From NCBI GenBank assembly GCA_964604305.1, contig CAZRYM010000003.1, positions 9,186 through 73,185 of the forward strand: a stretch of 64,000 nt of DNA, read 5' to 3'. The translations under genes and the position numbers were made by a program. Within the stretch, counting starts at the first letter, position 1, and each line of letters begins with the position of its first letter. Below the pieces are notes generated by a model, which did not search any database, was not told the DNA's origin, and saw only the letters and a program-made list of their open reading frames with translations. This DNA comes from an uncultured Thermotogaceae bacterium (lineage in GTDB: Bacteria; Thermotogota; Thermotogae; MWEM01). This document shows positions 17,715-28,327 of the stretch, in pieces.

Positions 17715-20348
17715 ATGGCTGAACTGGGAAAGCATTACGATCCGAAGGATATTGAAAAAAAATGGTATGAGCAATGGGAGCAATCAGGTGATTTTAAACC
17801 CATAGGCACTGGTAAGCCTTATGTAATCGTCATTCCACCTCCAAATATAACGGCAAGGCTGCATATGGGACATGCACTTAATCTGACACTGCAAGATATT
17901 TCAATACGATTCCAACGTATGATGGGAAGAGATACCCTTTGGCTTCCCGGAGAAGATCATGCAGGTATTGCAACGCAAAACGTGGTTGAGAAAAATTTAA
18001 AGGACGAGGGTAAAACAAAGGATGACCTGGGAAGAGAACAATTCATCGAAAAAACCTGGAAATGGGCTGATGAATACAGAGGATATATTCGTGATCAAAT
18101 CAGGTCCATAGGGTGCTCTGTTGATTGGTCCAGAGACCGATTTACTCTAGATGAAGGATTGAATAAAGCCGTTCGAAAGGTGTTTGTTGCCCTCTATGAA
18201 AAGGGACTTATATACCGTGGTAAATACATTGTCAACTGGTGTCCCAGATGTAAAACAGTGTTATCCGATGAAGAGGTAGAACACCAGGAAGAACAATCCA
18301 ACCTTTGGCATTTCAATTATCCCCTAAAAGAGGGAAAAGGTCATTTAACCATCGCCACAACAAGACCGGAGACTATGTTGGGTGATACAGCAGTAGCTGT
18401 AAATCCTTCAGATGAGCGATACAAACATCTGGTTGGTAAAACAGTAATATTGCCTATTGTCAACAAAGAAATCCCCATTATTGCCGACCAGTATGTTGAC
18501 AAAGAATTTGGAACCGGTGCCGTTAAAGTTACCCCGGCGCATGATCCCAACGATTATCAGATAGGGGTTCGTCACAACCTTGAGTTCGTTGAAGTCATCG
18601 ATGAAAATGCCGTTATGAATGAAAAAGCCGGAGAGTTTAAAGGACTCGGAATAAAAGAGGCAAGAAAACGAATTGTTGAGGAAATAGAAAGGCTGGGATT
18701 ACTTGAAAAAATTGATGATTATTCACATTCAGTTGGCCATTGCTATCGATGTGATACGACAATAGATCCCAGATTGTCTGATCAATGGTTTGTGAAAATG
18801 GGGCCATTGGCAAAGAAATCAATCGAAGTGGTTGAAAATGATCAGGTAAGGTTTTATCCTGAAAGGTGGAAAAAGGTGTATCTGAACTGGATGTATGATG
18901 TACATGACTGGTGCATTTCCAGACAGCTTTGGTGGGGTCATGCCATACCCGTTTGGTACTGTAAAGACTGCGATGAAATCATCGTAAGTGAGACAGATCC
19001 AACGGAATGTCCTGCATGTGGTTCAAAAAATCTCAGACAGGACGAGGATGTTCTTGATACCTGGTTTTCATCTGCTCTATGGCCTTTTTCAACACTTGGA
19101 TGGCCTGAAGAAACAGAAGATCTGAAAAGATATTATCCAACCGGTACACTTATTACCGGATTTGATATCATCTTTTTCTGGGTTGCGAGAATGATAACAA
19201 TGGGAATGGAGTTTATGGATGAAGTGCCTTTCCACGATGTTTATATCAATCAGTTGATTCGTGATAAAAAGGGAAGAAAAATGAGTAAGTCACTGGGTAA
19301 TGGCATTGATCCTATAGAAGTGGCTGAAGAGTATGGTGCTGATGCCATGCGCTTTACACTTGCCATTTTGGCCGGACAGGGAAGAGACATCAATTTAGAC
19401 ATCAAGAATGTTTTGAATTATAAACACTTTGCCAATAAGATATGGAATGCGTCCAGATTTTCTTTGATGAATATTGACAAAGATATTCATCAACATAATT
19501 TTGATTCGAAAGCGCTCGCATTATCTGATAAATGGATACTGTTCAAACTAAACAAAACAATCCAATCAGTGACAAAAGGTCTTGAACGATACGATTACAA
19601 TCTGGCTTCCAAGTCTATATTCGAGTTCTTCTGGAACGATTTCTGCGACTGGTATATTGAATCCATCAAACCGGTTCTTTATCAATCCCAATCGATCCAT
19701 CAAAAAAGAAACACTCAATTTGTTCTGCTTCAAGTATTAGATAAAAGCCTCAGATTGCTTCACCCTTTTATGCCTTATATTACCGAAGAGATTTGGCAGA
19801 TGCTTCCAATCAATAAAGAAAGTGAACATCTCATGATATCAGAGTGGCCTGAAGTTGAAGAAATGGGTAAGTTTGAAGTTGATTCATCCAAATTTGAAGA
19901 ACTTATGGCAGTTGTCAGGGGCATCAGAAACGTCCGCTCAGAACTACAGATCCCCCCCTCAAAGAAAATAAATATAGCCTGCATATACAAAGAAAGACAA
20001 CCTTTCAGTAATGAAGAGGTCGTATACATAAACGCCTTGGCTTCTGTTGAGGAGATTAAAATGGTAACCGAAAAGCCCGCTATGAGTTCTACAGCACTGG
20101 TAAGCCCAAAACTTGATGTATATTGTCAATTATCTGGTACAATAGATTTAAATGAGGAAAAAGATAGACTCGCTAAAAAGATAAAAAAAGCAAAAACCGA
20201 TGTAAAACATGCTGAAAAGAAATTATCCAACGAAAAATTCTTAAAACATGCCGATGAAGATGTCATTGAAGAGACAAAAGAAAAACACAAAGAGGCGTTG
20301 ATGACTTTGGAAAGATTGCAAATTTTAATGAGTGATTTTGAGGGATGA
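17715..20348 (+). CDS. valS: Valine-tRNA ligase
   Basis: PPPNIT, HMGH (HIGH), WCISRQLWWGH, KMSKS and a C-terminal coiled coil. Confidence 0.97.
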   Translation: MAELGKHYDPKDIEKKWYEQWEQSGDFKPIGTGKPYVIVIPPPNITARLHMGHALNLTLQDISIRFQRMMGRDTLWLPGEDHAGIATQNVVEKNLKDEGKTKDDLGREQFIEKTWKWADEYRGYIRDQIRSIGCSVDWSRDRFTLDEGLNKAVRKVFVALYEKGLIYRGKYIVNWCPRCKTVLSDEEVEHQEEQSNLWHFNYPLKEGKGHLTIATTRPETMLGDTAVAVNPSDERYKHLVGKTVILPIVNKEIPIIADQYVDKEFGTGAVKVTPAHDPNDYQIGVRHNLEFVEVIDENAVMNEKAGEFKGLGIKEARKRIVEEIERLGLLEKIDDYSHSVGHCYRCDTTIDPRLSDQWFVKMGPLAKKSIEVVENDQVRFYPERWKKVYLNWMYDVHDWCISRQLWWGHAIPVWYCKDCDEIIVSETDPTECPACGSKNLRQDEDVLDTWFSSALWPFSTLGWPEETEDLKRYYPTGTLITGFDIIFFWVARMITMGMEFMDEVPFHDVYINQLIRDKKGRKMSKSLGNGIDPIEVAEEYGADAMRFTLAILAGQGRDINLDIKNVLNYKHFANKIWNASRFSLMNIDKDIHQHNFDSKALALSDKWILFKLNKTIQSVTKGLERYDYNLASKSIFEFFWNDFCDWYIESIKPVLYQSQSIHQKRNTQFVLLQVLDKSLRLLHPFMPYITEEIWQMLPINKESEHLMISEWPEVEEMGKFEVDSSKFEELMAVVRGIRNVRSELQIPPSKKINIACIYKERQPFSNEEVVYINALASVEEIKMVTEKPAMSSTALVSPKLDVYCQLSGTIDLNEEKDRLAKKIKKAKTDVKHAEKKLSNEKFLKHADEDVIEETKEKHKEALMTLERLQILMSDFEG

Positions 20349-21016
20349 GTGGCAAGTTAGTGATCGTTGGTACACCAATAGGTAATTTCGGTGACTGTTC
20401 CACAAGGGTTTTAGAAGCACTTAAAGAATCGAATACCATACTGGCAGAAGATACAAGAAGAACAGTTACATTATTGAATCATTTCCAGTTGGGGAAAAAG
20501 GAATTAATCTCTTTTTCCCAACAAAAAGAGCGTTTTAAAACTGAAGGCATTATCGAAAAATTAAAAGCAAACCAACAAATTGCATTAGTTTCAGATGCCG
20601 GTATGCCAACAGTTTCAGACCCAGGTTCACTGTTGATTGCAGCATGCCATGAAAATGGCATTGATATTGATGTTATACCTGGTCCAAGTGCTCTTACGGT
20701 CGCTTATGCAGCATCAGGGTTTAGCGGCCCTTTTATTTTTGAAGGATTTCTGGGGCGGGACAAAAAGCTGCGTCGATATCTGAGAACGATAAAGGAAGAA
20801 AAAAGAAATATCATATTTTATGAATCACCTTTTCGTCTTGTTAAATGTCTGAATGAAATTCTTGCCATTCTCGGAGACAGGGAAGTATTTATAGCAAGGG
20901 AAATGACAAAGATTTATCAGGAATTTTACAGAGGAAAGTGTTCTGAAGCCCTACAGCAATTTCAGGGTGAAATAAAGGGTGAAATAACGGTAATAATAAG
21001 GGGAGATGTTCAGTAA
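20345..21016 (+). CDS. rsmI: 16S rRNA C1402 2'-O-methyltransferase
   Basis: GTPIGN, AEDTR, VSDAGMP.VSDPG, IPGPSA, FYESP, REMTK.YQE, KGE. Confidence 0.95.
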   Translation: MSGKLVIVGTPIGNFGDCSTRVLEALKESNTILAEDTRRTVTLLNHFQLGKKELISFSQQKERFKTEGIIEKLKANQQIALVSDAGMPTVSDPGSLLIAACHENGIDIDVIPGPSALTVAYAASGFSGPFIFEGFLGRDKKLRRYLRTIKEEKRNIIFYESPFRLVKCLNEILAILGDREVFIAREMTKIYQEFYRGKCSEALQQFQGEIKGEITVIIRGDVQ

Positions 21017-21453
21017 TGGAAAAGTTCGAAGAACTTGAAAAATTAATGAGAAAAATATCAGCCTGGATAAAAGCGGAAGGAAGAATGGCTTTAAAAGAGG
21101 GTAAGAACGAAATAACCCCAGCGCAATTCGATGTACTTCAAAGTATCTATTGGCATGAAAACCTTACAATGACAAGTATCAGTAAACGCCTTGGTGTGGC
21201 AAAAAGTACTGTAACGGGGTTAGTCAATAAATTAAAGGACGAGAAATTGGTTGATTACAAGGTCTCGGAAGAAGACAGACGTGTAAGGCGCCTGAAGATT
21301 ACTGAACATGGTGAGGAAGTCATCAAAGAAGTCATCAAGCGAAGAATAAAATTTGTTGAAAAGATGTTTTCAACCATTGACCCGTTCCTTGTTGATGAAT
21401 TCAGGCAAGTACTGAGAATAGTCGTAAAAACTTGTGATGAAAGAAAAATTTAA
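21016..21453 (+). CDS. MarR family transcriptional regulator
   Basis: ITPAQFDVL, LGVAKSTVTGLV.KL and DRRV..L..TE.G winged-helix pattern. Confidence 0.9.
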   Translation: MEKFEELEKLMRKISAWIKAEGRMALKEGKNEITPAQFDVLQSIYWHENLTMTSISKRLGVAKSTVTGLVNKLKDEKLVDYKVSEEDRRVRRLKITEHGEEVIKEVIKRRIKFVEKMFSTIDPFLVDEFRQVLRIVVKTCDERKI

Positions 21454-21483
21454 ATAAATACTTGTTAAGGAGGGCATTTATAG

Positions 21484-22074
21484 ATGACATTAAAAGAAGG
21501 TAAGATTGTTGCAGGAGTATCTGCAAGGCATTTACACTTGTCTGAGATGGATTTGAAAGCACTTTTTGGGGAAAAAGCAGAACTCACTCCCGTAAAAGAT
21601 TTGGGTCAACCCGGACAATATGCCAGTGAGGAAAAAGTAAAGGTTATCGGTCCAAAAGGGCAATTTGAATCGGTTAGAGTATTGGGACCAGTCAGAAAGG
21701 ACACACAGGTTGAAGTAAGTCTTACGGATGCTTTCAAGTTGGGTGTTATTCCACCTGTAAGGGATTCAGGTGACATTGAAAACACCCCGGGAATCAAATT
21801 AGTTGGCCCAACAGGTGAAGTGAATTTGGATAAAGGGCTTATCCTTGCCAAGAGACACATTCATATGACACCTGAAGATGCTCAGAGATTTGAAGTGAAA
21901 GATAAAGATATTGTAGCTGTTTTGTGTGACACAGAGGGAAGGAAGACCATATTCCAGGACGTTTTGATTAGAGTCAGTCCAAAATATGCATTAGAATTTC
22001 ATGTGGACACTGATGAAGCAAATGCCAGTTTTTTGAAAACAAGGGACGAAATTCAAATAATCAAAGAATTATAA
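21484..22074 (+). CDS. pduL: PduL-type phosphate acyltransferase
   Basis: SARHLHLS, LGQPGQYA, VRVLGP.R, RHIHMTP, HVDTDEANA. Confidence 0.93.
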   Translation: MTLKEGKIVAGVSARHLHLSEMDLKALFGEKAELTPVKDLGQPGQYASEEKVKVIGPKGQFESVRVLGPVRKDTQVEVSLTDAFKLGVIPPVRDSGDIENTPGIKLVGPTGEVNLDKGLILAKRHIHMTPEDAQRFEVKDKDIVAVLCDTEGRKTIFQDVLIRVSPKYALEFHVDTDEANASFLKTRDEIQIIKEL

Positions 22075-22090
22075 TCGAATTTACATGATG

Positions 22091-22124
22091 AAACAGGAGC
22101 TCTTGCGCATGAGCTCCTGTTTTT
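22091..22124 (+). terminator. Intrinsic terminator after pduL
   Basis: 12-bp stem AAACAGGAGCTC / GAGCTCCTGTTT followed by further T residues. Confidence 0.75.
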
Positions 22125-22128
22125 ATTT

Positions 22129-22815
22129 GTGAGCGATGGGAGGAAGTTAAAGATTAGCAATATAAATTTATACAACAAGTACCTGCTCTTACTGGAGGAA
22201 GAAAACAAAAGACAAAATCTCATCAGATATAAAACACGGGATGAACTCATAAAAAAACACCTTGAAGATTCATTAATGCCATTTGAATCCGGCGTACTCG
22301 AACCATTGGCAGGTAACATCATGGATATTGGTTCAGGAGGTGGATTTCCCGCCATACCATTAGCTATAAGATACCACAATGCAATGTTTACGCTTGTGGA
22401 AAGCGAAAAGAGAAAGGCTCAATTTCTTCAAAAAGCCATTAGAGAACTTGGTCTTAATAACACTGAAGTCGTGAATCAACGCGTGGAAGTCTATTCAAAA
22501 GAGAAAATTGAACAATATGATTTCTGTATTATGCGCGCTTTAGCTGCCACAAGAATATGTCTGGAATACGCCGCTCCTTCCTTAAAGTTAGGTAGTAAGG
22601 TCTATCTTTACAAAGGTCCTGCATTTATGGAGGAATTAAGCGATTCTCAGAATGCAATGAAAGAACTGGGGATAGAATTTGAGAAAACCATATCCTATGA
22701 ATACACTTTCTGTGGAGAAAAATTTACCCCTCTTATTGCCGTCTTCAAAAAAAGACATAAAACACTTGGAAAATATCCGCGCCGCCCCGGAATGGCAAAG
22801 AAAAACCCCTTGTAG
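22129..22815 (+). CDS. rsmG: 16S rRNA G527 N7-methyltransferase (start codon uncertain)
   Basis: KHLEDSL, DIGSGGGFP.IPLAI, VES..RKA.FL, RALA and C-terminal YPRRPG.AKK.PL. Confidence 0.92.
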   Translation: MSDGRKLKISNINLYNKYLLLLEEENKRQNLIRYKTRDELIKKHLEDSLMPFESGVLEPLAGNIMDIGSGGGFPAIPLAIRYHNAMFTLVESEKRKAQFLQKAIRELGLNNTEVVNQRVEVYSKEKIEQYDFCIMRALAATRICLEYAAPSLKLGSKVYLYKGPAFMEELSDSQNAMKELGIEFEKTISYEYTFCGEKFTPLIAVFKKRHKTLGKYPRRPGMAKKNPL

Positions 22816-22888
22816 AACTATCATGATATAATTCTGGAAAAGAATTGAAGTCTAATTATTAGAAGAAACTGAGGGAGGAAAAATTAAC

Positions 22889-23239
22889 GTGAGATATTTT
22901 ATAAAAATCATTCTTTCTGCCGTTTTAATCGTTCTTATATCCGAAATTAGTAAAAGAACTTCCTTTTGGGGAGGCTTGATTGCCTCTTTGCCCATCACTT
23001 CTTTACTTGCCATTATTTGGCTTTATATTGATACCGGTGACAAAGAAAAAGTCTCGAAACTATCAATAAATATCTTTTGGTTTGTTCTCCCCTCTCTTTT
23101 GTTTTTTATCACATTGCCTTTTTTTATTACAAAACTCGGTTGGAATGTATATTTCTCGATTGCGGTATCTTCCGGGATCACAATGTTCGGATATTATTTA
23201 ATGGCAGCTTTGCTGGCGAAATACGGTATAAAAATTTAG
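22889..23239 (+). CDS. Small membrane protein, DUF3147-like
   Basis: ISEISKR...GGLIASLPITSLLAIIWLY pattern and four hydrophobic helices. Confidence 0.75.
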   Translation: MRYFIKIILSAVLIVLISEISKRTSFWGGLIASLPITSLLAIIWLYIDTGDKEKVSKLSINIFWFVLPSLLFFITLPFFITKLGWNVYFSIAVSSGITMFGYYLMAALLAKYGIKI

Positions 23240-23270
23240 AGGTATTTCGAATACTCAGGATTCAAAAAAT

Positions 23271-23303
23271 TTAAAAAAGGGGGTATGCTCCCCCTTTTTT
23301 AAA
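23271..23303. terminator. Bidirectional intrinsic terminator
   Basis: TTAAAAAAGGGGG-tatgct-CCCCCTTTTTTAA between convergent genes. Confidence 0.8.
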
Positions 23304-23317
23304 TTCAGTTCAACCTC

Positions 23318-25342
23318 TTAAAAATCCGAACTATCATCCTCCAGAGGAATCACATTTTCAGGATGAATGGAATGAGTCTGTTTTGATGCCATTTTTATTG
23401 CTGAATTTCTATTGCCTTTTTTAATTTGCAGACTTTGCTTTTGATAATTTTTACTTAATGAGTCATTATTATTCTTTTTTCTCCTATCTCCATTATTTAA
23501 GTTCCTTTGAGAGGATTTACCCGCCTCTTTTTCGGATTTAATTAATGCGTTTAGACGGATAACGATATCGTTCAGTGTTTCAGCTTGAGCACTCATCTCT
23601 TCTGATGAGGATGCCGTCTCTTCTGCATTTGCTGCGTTCTGTTGTGTGACCTGTTCCATTTGATTCATTGCTTGGTTAATTTGTCCAATTCCCTGGGACT
23701 GTTCTTTACTGGCTACGTTTATCTGGTCGATGAGATTACTCAATTCGTTTGATTGGGTGTTGATTTCCTGTAAGGCTTCCTGGACTTTTTGAGCCACATT
23801 TACACCGGATGCGGATATTTTCACATTCTTTTCAATGATGTCTGTGGTATCTTGGGCTGCCTTTGCACTCCTTTGGGCCAGGTTTCTTACCTCTTCAGCA
23901 ACAACCGCAAATCCCGCTCCGGCTTCTCCGGCTCTGGCGGCTTCTACAGCTGCGTTTAATGATAGGAGATTTGTCTGGAAGGCAATGTCATCGATAACTT
24001 TGATAATCTTAGACAACTCTCCTGAAGAGTCTTTGATCTGTGTCATGGATGCCATCATTTCTTTCATTTGACTGCTGCCTTTTTCAGAAGCGCTTGAAGC
24101 ACGTTGCGCTATTTCTGTAGCTCTGGAAGTGTTATCCGCTGTTTGTTGAAGCATGGAATTTGATTCATCTAATGTGGCTGAGGTCTCTTCCAGTGATGAT
24201 GCTTGCTCGGAGCTACCTTCAGCCAGTTGCTGACTGGCTGATGAAAGTTCTTCTGAGGCGGAAGCCACCTGATCAGCACTTTCAAAGAGGTTATCTACGA
24301 TTTGAGATATTGGCTTTTCAATGGAGTTGGCGAACAGAAAGGCGATGATAAGCACCAGTACAACGGTAACCACACTGATGATTAAAATAAGCATGGTGAG
24401 TTGATTGACACTTGCAAAGGCTTCAGATTCATCCTGTTCTGACAAGATCACCCACGTAAAGCCATCTACTTGTATTGGATTATATGCAGAAAGAACCGGG
24501 TTCCCATTATAGTCTGTAATAATATCCACCCCGGACTGACCGCTCAATGCACGTCTGACAGCTTCTGTGTTCACTGATCCGGTGGAAGGATTCTTAAATG
24601 AGGCGACCACACTGTGATTTTGAGGATCCAGGAAGGAGTCCGATCTCATCAGTTTGTCTTCCCCAACCAGATAGGTCTCTCCGGTCTCTCCCATCCCGCT
24701 TCTTTCCTGCATAATTGCATTGATACTCTCCAAGCTGATCTGATAAACCAGTACACCAATTGTTTTTCTGTCTTGATCAATCACGGACTTTGAAATAAAA
24801 GCAGCGGGTTCTTCTGAGATTGAATACCATTGAAAATCTGTAATTGCAGTATTTCTGGCTGCCTGATCGAACGCCTCCGCCAAAGGGGTGTTTCTTAATT
24901 TTCCGGTGAGGACATTTTCTCCAAAATCCTCTTCTTTTGATACGGTGTAAACTACATCACCATCAGGTGCTATTAAAAAAAGGTCGTAATAATTGTATTC
25001 TTTTACGTACAACTCAAGAAACCTTCCGTAGGATGAATTTGACGTTTTCCATGACTGGGAATTGATCCCCCCTTGTTCAAACCCCTCTTCGTAAGATTTT
25101 AGAGCATCTATCAGAGTTTGATTTTCAGAAAGAACGTTAATGTCTCCTTTTCTCTCTTCAAAGAAGGAACTGAGTTGATTGGTCTTTATCTGCTGAACGG
25201 CTTGAAGTTTATCAATGATTTGTTTTTCAATTTCATTTTTTGAATTATTCCAAGAAATCAAAGCAATCACACCAAATGGAATCAAACCAACGAGTATGAA
25301 TATGGTTATCAACTTAAATTTGAGGCTAAGATTTTTCATCAT
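23318..25342 (-). CDS. Methyl-accepting chemotaxis protein with a dCache-type sensor and a short signalling domain lacking an obvious HAMP
   Basis: Two TM segments, YYDLFLI Cache motif, hairpin [21 protein letters not shown] and an acidic tail ending [10 protein letters not shown]. Confidence 0.92.
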   Translation of the reverse strand: MMKNLSLKFKLITIFILVGLIPFGVIALISWNNSKNEIEKQIIDKLQAVQQIKTNQLSSFFEERKGDINVLSENQTLIDALKSYEEGFEQGGINSQSWKTSNSSYGRFLELYVKEYNYYDLFLIAPDGDVVYTVSKEEDFGENVLTGKLRNTPLAEAFDQAARNTAITDFQWYSISEEPAAFISKSVIDQDRKTIGVLVYQISLESINAIMQERSGMGETGETYLVGEDKLMRSDSFLDPQNHSVVASFKNPSTGSVNTEAVRRALSGQSGVDIITDYNGNPVLSAYNPIQVDGFTWVILSEQDESEAFASVNQLTMLILIISVVTVVLVLIIAFLFANSIEKPISQIVDNLFESADQVASASEELSSASQQLAEGSSEQASSLEETSATLDESNSMLQQTADNTSRATEIAQRASSASEKGSSQMKEMMASMTQIKDSSGELSKIIKVIDDIAFQTNLLSLNAAVEAARAGEAGAGFAVVAEEVRNLAQRSAKAAQDTTDIIEKNVKISASGVNVAQKVQEALQEINTQSNELSNLIDQINVASKEQSQGIGQINQAMNQMEQVTQQNAANAEETASSSEEMSAQAETLNDIVIRLNALIKSEKEAGKSSQRNLNNGDRRKKNNNDSLSKNYQKQSLQIKKGNRNSAIKMASKQTHSIHPENVIPLEDDSSDF

Positions 25343-25832
25343 TCATATCACCTGTCCCCTTTGCATTCTCAGTTTTTAAGAAATTTAATTCTTTTTCATT
25401 CAAAAGCTTTTCGATATCCAGTAGCATGATGACTTGGGAGTTTTTTTTCGCCATTCCGATTATAAAGTCATCATCTACTTCTATTCCGTATCTTGGGGTT
25501 TGCTCGATTTCACTTTCCCCAATATTCAAAACCTCTGAAACGGAATCAACGGCCAAGGCCATCTGCTTTTTTTCTCTGTTCAAATTAACTTCCAAAACGA
25601 TAAATATAGTACGGTCTGTATAGACTTTTTCTTCTAGTAGGAATTTCAGTCTTAAGTCCATAAGTGGGATTATTTTTCCCCTAAGGTTGATAACGCCCTT
25701 AATAAACTTAGGCATTCTGGGTATTTGATGTATTTCAGTATATCCAATTATTTGTTCAACATTTAAAACATTGATACCATATGATTCTTTCCCCAATATA
25801 AAAGCGAGGTAGATTCCGGAATTATTAACCAT
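25326..25832 (-). CDS. cheW: Chemotaxis coupling protein CheW
   Basis: [39 protein letters not shown]. Start moved to ATG 25832. The stop overlaps the MCP start by 17 nt. Confidence 0.92.
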   Translation of the reverse strand: MVNNSGIYLAFILGKESYGINVLNVEQIIGYTEIHQIPRMPKFIKGVINLRGKIIPLMDLRLKFLLEEKVYTDRTIFIVLEVNLNREKKQMALAVDSVSEVLNIGESEIEQTPRYGIEVDDDFIIGMAKKNSQVIMLLDIEKLLNEKELNFLKTENAKGTGDMNDEKS

Positions 25833-25979
25833 ATATTCACCTCCATTCATAAAAACATTTAACAAAATATTTCTTTTATAAAAAAAGTAAATATTATTCT
25901 TTGCCCAATGTCTATAAAAATATTTTAATGATATATTATATCATATATACTGTATTGATTGCATATAATAGTCTTTAAA

Positions 25980-26006
25980 AAAACCCCCTTATTCTAAGGG
26001 GGTTTT
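25980..26006 (-). terminator. Intrinsic terminator after the second MCP
   Basis: AAAACCCCCTTA-ttc-TAAGGGGGTTTT, with a U tract on the minus strand. Confidence 0.75.
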
Positions 26007-26052
26007 ACCAAAAATTCATGTATTTTTATGCGAATTAAAGAAGTGAAAACTT

Positions 26053-27774
26053 TTAATTGGTTTTAAATAAAGAAATTTGCGCTTCCATGTTCTCAGACAT
26101 GTTTTTCAAAGTTTCTACTGATTGATGTAGTTTTTCTGTTATTTTTTCCTGTCCTTCAACATATTTGTTCATATTGTTCATTTCTTCCATCACTTCAAAA
26201 ACAGCTTTTCCTACGGTATCTGTTGACTCTGCCATTTCTTGCAACGATTGTGTTTGTTGTTCAACGCTTCCGGAAACATTTTCTATGTTATCCAGAACTG
26301 CTTGTACTTCTAAGAGGATGCTTTTAAACTGTTCTTGCAGATCAACCATATCTTTTGAAGCTGATTCTACCGAAGTATTTGAACTCTTCATGATTTTGTT
26401 GGTAGATTCAATACCCTTTCTGATTTCAGTTAAGTTTTCACTAATCCTTTGGGTTGAATTCTGGCTTTCCTCTGCAAGTTTTCTTATTTCATCTGCAACG
26501 ACAGCAAATCCTTTACCCGCTTCTCCGGCTCTTGCTGCTTCTATAGCAGCATTTAAAGCTAACAGATTTGTCTGTTCTGCAATTGATGAGATCACTTCAA
26601 CAATGTCTCCGATACTTTGAGCCTGATCAGTCAAGCCATCAATCATTTTAGCCATTACTGCTGTGTTTTCTTTAACTTTTTTCATGTCGGTTACTAACTC
26701 TTCGACAGAATGTTCACCATTCTCCGTGATTTTAACTGCTTTTTCTGTTCTTTCTTTTAGTTCTTTTGAAGATGTGGAAACGTTTTGTGCGCTACTTGCA
26801 ATCTCTTCAACACCAGATGTGAGTTCTTCTGAAGAAGAAGAAATATCTTCAATTTTTCTGGAAACGCCCTCTCTTTGTTGAACAAAAGAACTGATACCTT
26901 CTTTTTGTATCATTGATGAAGCATTTAAGTCTTCAGAAAGCTCGTTTATTTTTTGGGATGATGTCTTCAACTCATCAATGGTTGTCACCAATTGGACTAC
27001 AGTTTCATCAAGTACACATCCAACCTGATGAATTTCATCTGATCCGGCTGATGCAAAGCGTTTGGTTAAGTCTCCTTGCCCAAGACTTTTGACGTTTTCT
27101 TTTAATGTTTTAAGGGGTTTGAGTAAACTTTTAAGTAAAAAGAAAAGGATCAAGATGATCGCAGCGAGAAATATTAAATAATACAGCGATTGCTTTAAAA
27201 AAATGACATTTGCCTTTGCTTGGACATCATTAATATAAACACCAGTTCCGTACCACCAACCCCATGGTTTGTAACTGCTGATATATGATCTTTTTGGTTC
27301 TATCTGATTGCTATTTGAATTCAGCCAGTAATAGGTATAATAGCCCTGCCCATTTTCTTTAGCGATTTCCAGTAAATCTCTCTGCACGTAATTTCCCTCT
27401 TCATCCTGAACATCCAGGAATTTACCACGTTCGTGTCCTTGAAAGGGGATTGATACTGTATTTTCCATGGTATAACCAAAAATATAATTTTCTCCTTCAA
27501 AATGCATTTTATTAATGATTTCACCTGCCATGAATTTGGCATCTGATAATTCCATGTTTCCGCTTTCTACCTGCTGTGCGTAATAATGGATAACACCCTC
27601 AGTAAAATTGACAATGTCTTTAACACCTTTTTCTCTTTCTGATATGAGACTATTGTAGATAGTGTTATATTGTGTCCAAAGAGAAAAGGCAGAAAAGGCA
27701 ATAATAAGTACCAAAACTGGCAAAATGATTTTTAAAAAGAGACTTTGCGAATACCAATTAATACTAAATTTCAT
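26053..27774 (-). CDS. Methyl-accepting chemotaxis protein (single Cache 2 sensor, HAMP, long signalling domain)
   Basis: GYYTYYW...EPK.SY...[12 protein letters not shown] sCache_2 pattern, HAMP (KPLKTL...LGQGDLT, DEIHQVG) and [21 protein letters not shown]. Confidence 0.92.
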   Translation of the reverse strand: MKFSINWYSQSLFLKIILPVLVLIIAFSAFSLWTQYNTIYNSLISEREKGVKDIVNFTEGVIHYYAQQVESGNMELSDAKFMAGEIINKMHFEGENYIFGYTMENTVSIPFQGHERGKFLDVQDEEGNYVQRDLLEIAKENGQGYYTYYWLNSNSNQIEPKRSYISSYKPWGWWYGTGVYINDVQAKANVIFLKQSLYYLIFLAAIILILFFLLKSLLKPLKTLKENVKSLGQGDLTKRFASAGSDEIHQVGCVLDETVVQLVTTIDELKTSSQKINELSEDLNASSMIQKEGISSFVQQREGVSRKIEDISSSSEELTSGVEEIASSAQNVSTSSKELKERTEKAVKITENGEHSVEELVTDMKKVKENTAVMAKMIDGLTDQAQSIGDIVEVISSIAEQTNLLALNAAIEAARAGEAGKGFAVVADEIRKLAEESQNSTQRISENLTEIRKGIESTNKIMKSSNTSVESASKDMVDLQEQFKSILLEVQAVLDNIENVSGSVEQQTQSLQEMAESTDTVGKAVFEVMEEMNNMNKYVEGQEKITEKLHQSVETLKNMSENMEAQISLFKTN

Positions 27775-28327
27775 AAGACCACCTCTTTAAGAAAGTTTTT
27801 TGAAATTAAACTGTAACTGATTATAACATGAGCGTATTAGTAAAACTTTTAAAAATTTAACTTTTCGAGTAACTAACTCATCGAATCATTTTTCTTACCC
27901 ATCCTATAACAGATATTGGGTTCCACTCCAGGTTATTGGTTTTGTTGAAGTCTTAAAACAGATATCCAACTGTTCACTATACGCAGGTTCAGTCAAGATC
28001 AAGATGATATCTTTGTTTTGAGAGAACATTCCCTCTAACCCTTTAATGGCAATCTGATTCAGTGGAAAAGATACTATGAAAGGTTCAATTGTTCTAATGA
28101 AAAACAAATTAAATGAAAATGGTATCAAAATGCAATTTTTTACAATTGATCTGATTGACTTTCGTGAAAGCTAAAAAGAAAACGTCTTCACTATTTGATT
28201 CAGGGAGTTGTTTTCATTAGTTTACTATAATCTATAGTATAATCCTTATGAATAATCAAATAGGTTTTAAGGGACATATTAGGACAAAATGATGTTCCAA
28301 CTAATAAAATGAATAAGGAGGTTTCAA

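Noticed and set aside
28224-28286. ACTATA-atc-TATAGT inverted repeat and a GGACA direct repeat with 10-bp period upstream of tldD
   Set aside because: Both are short and plausible by chance, with no second occurrence to support them.
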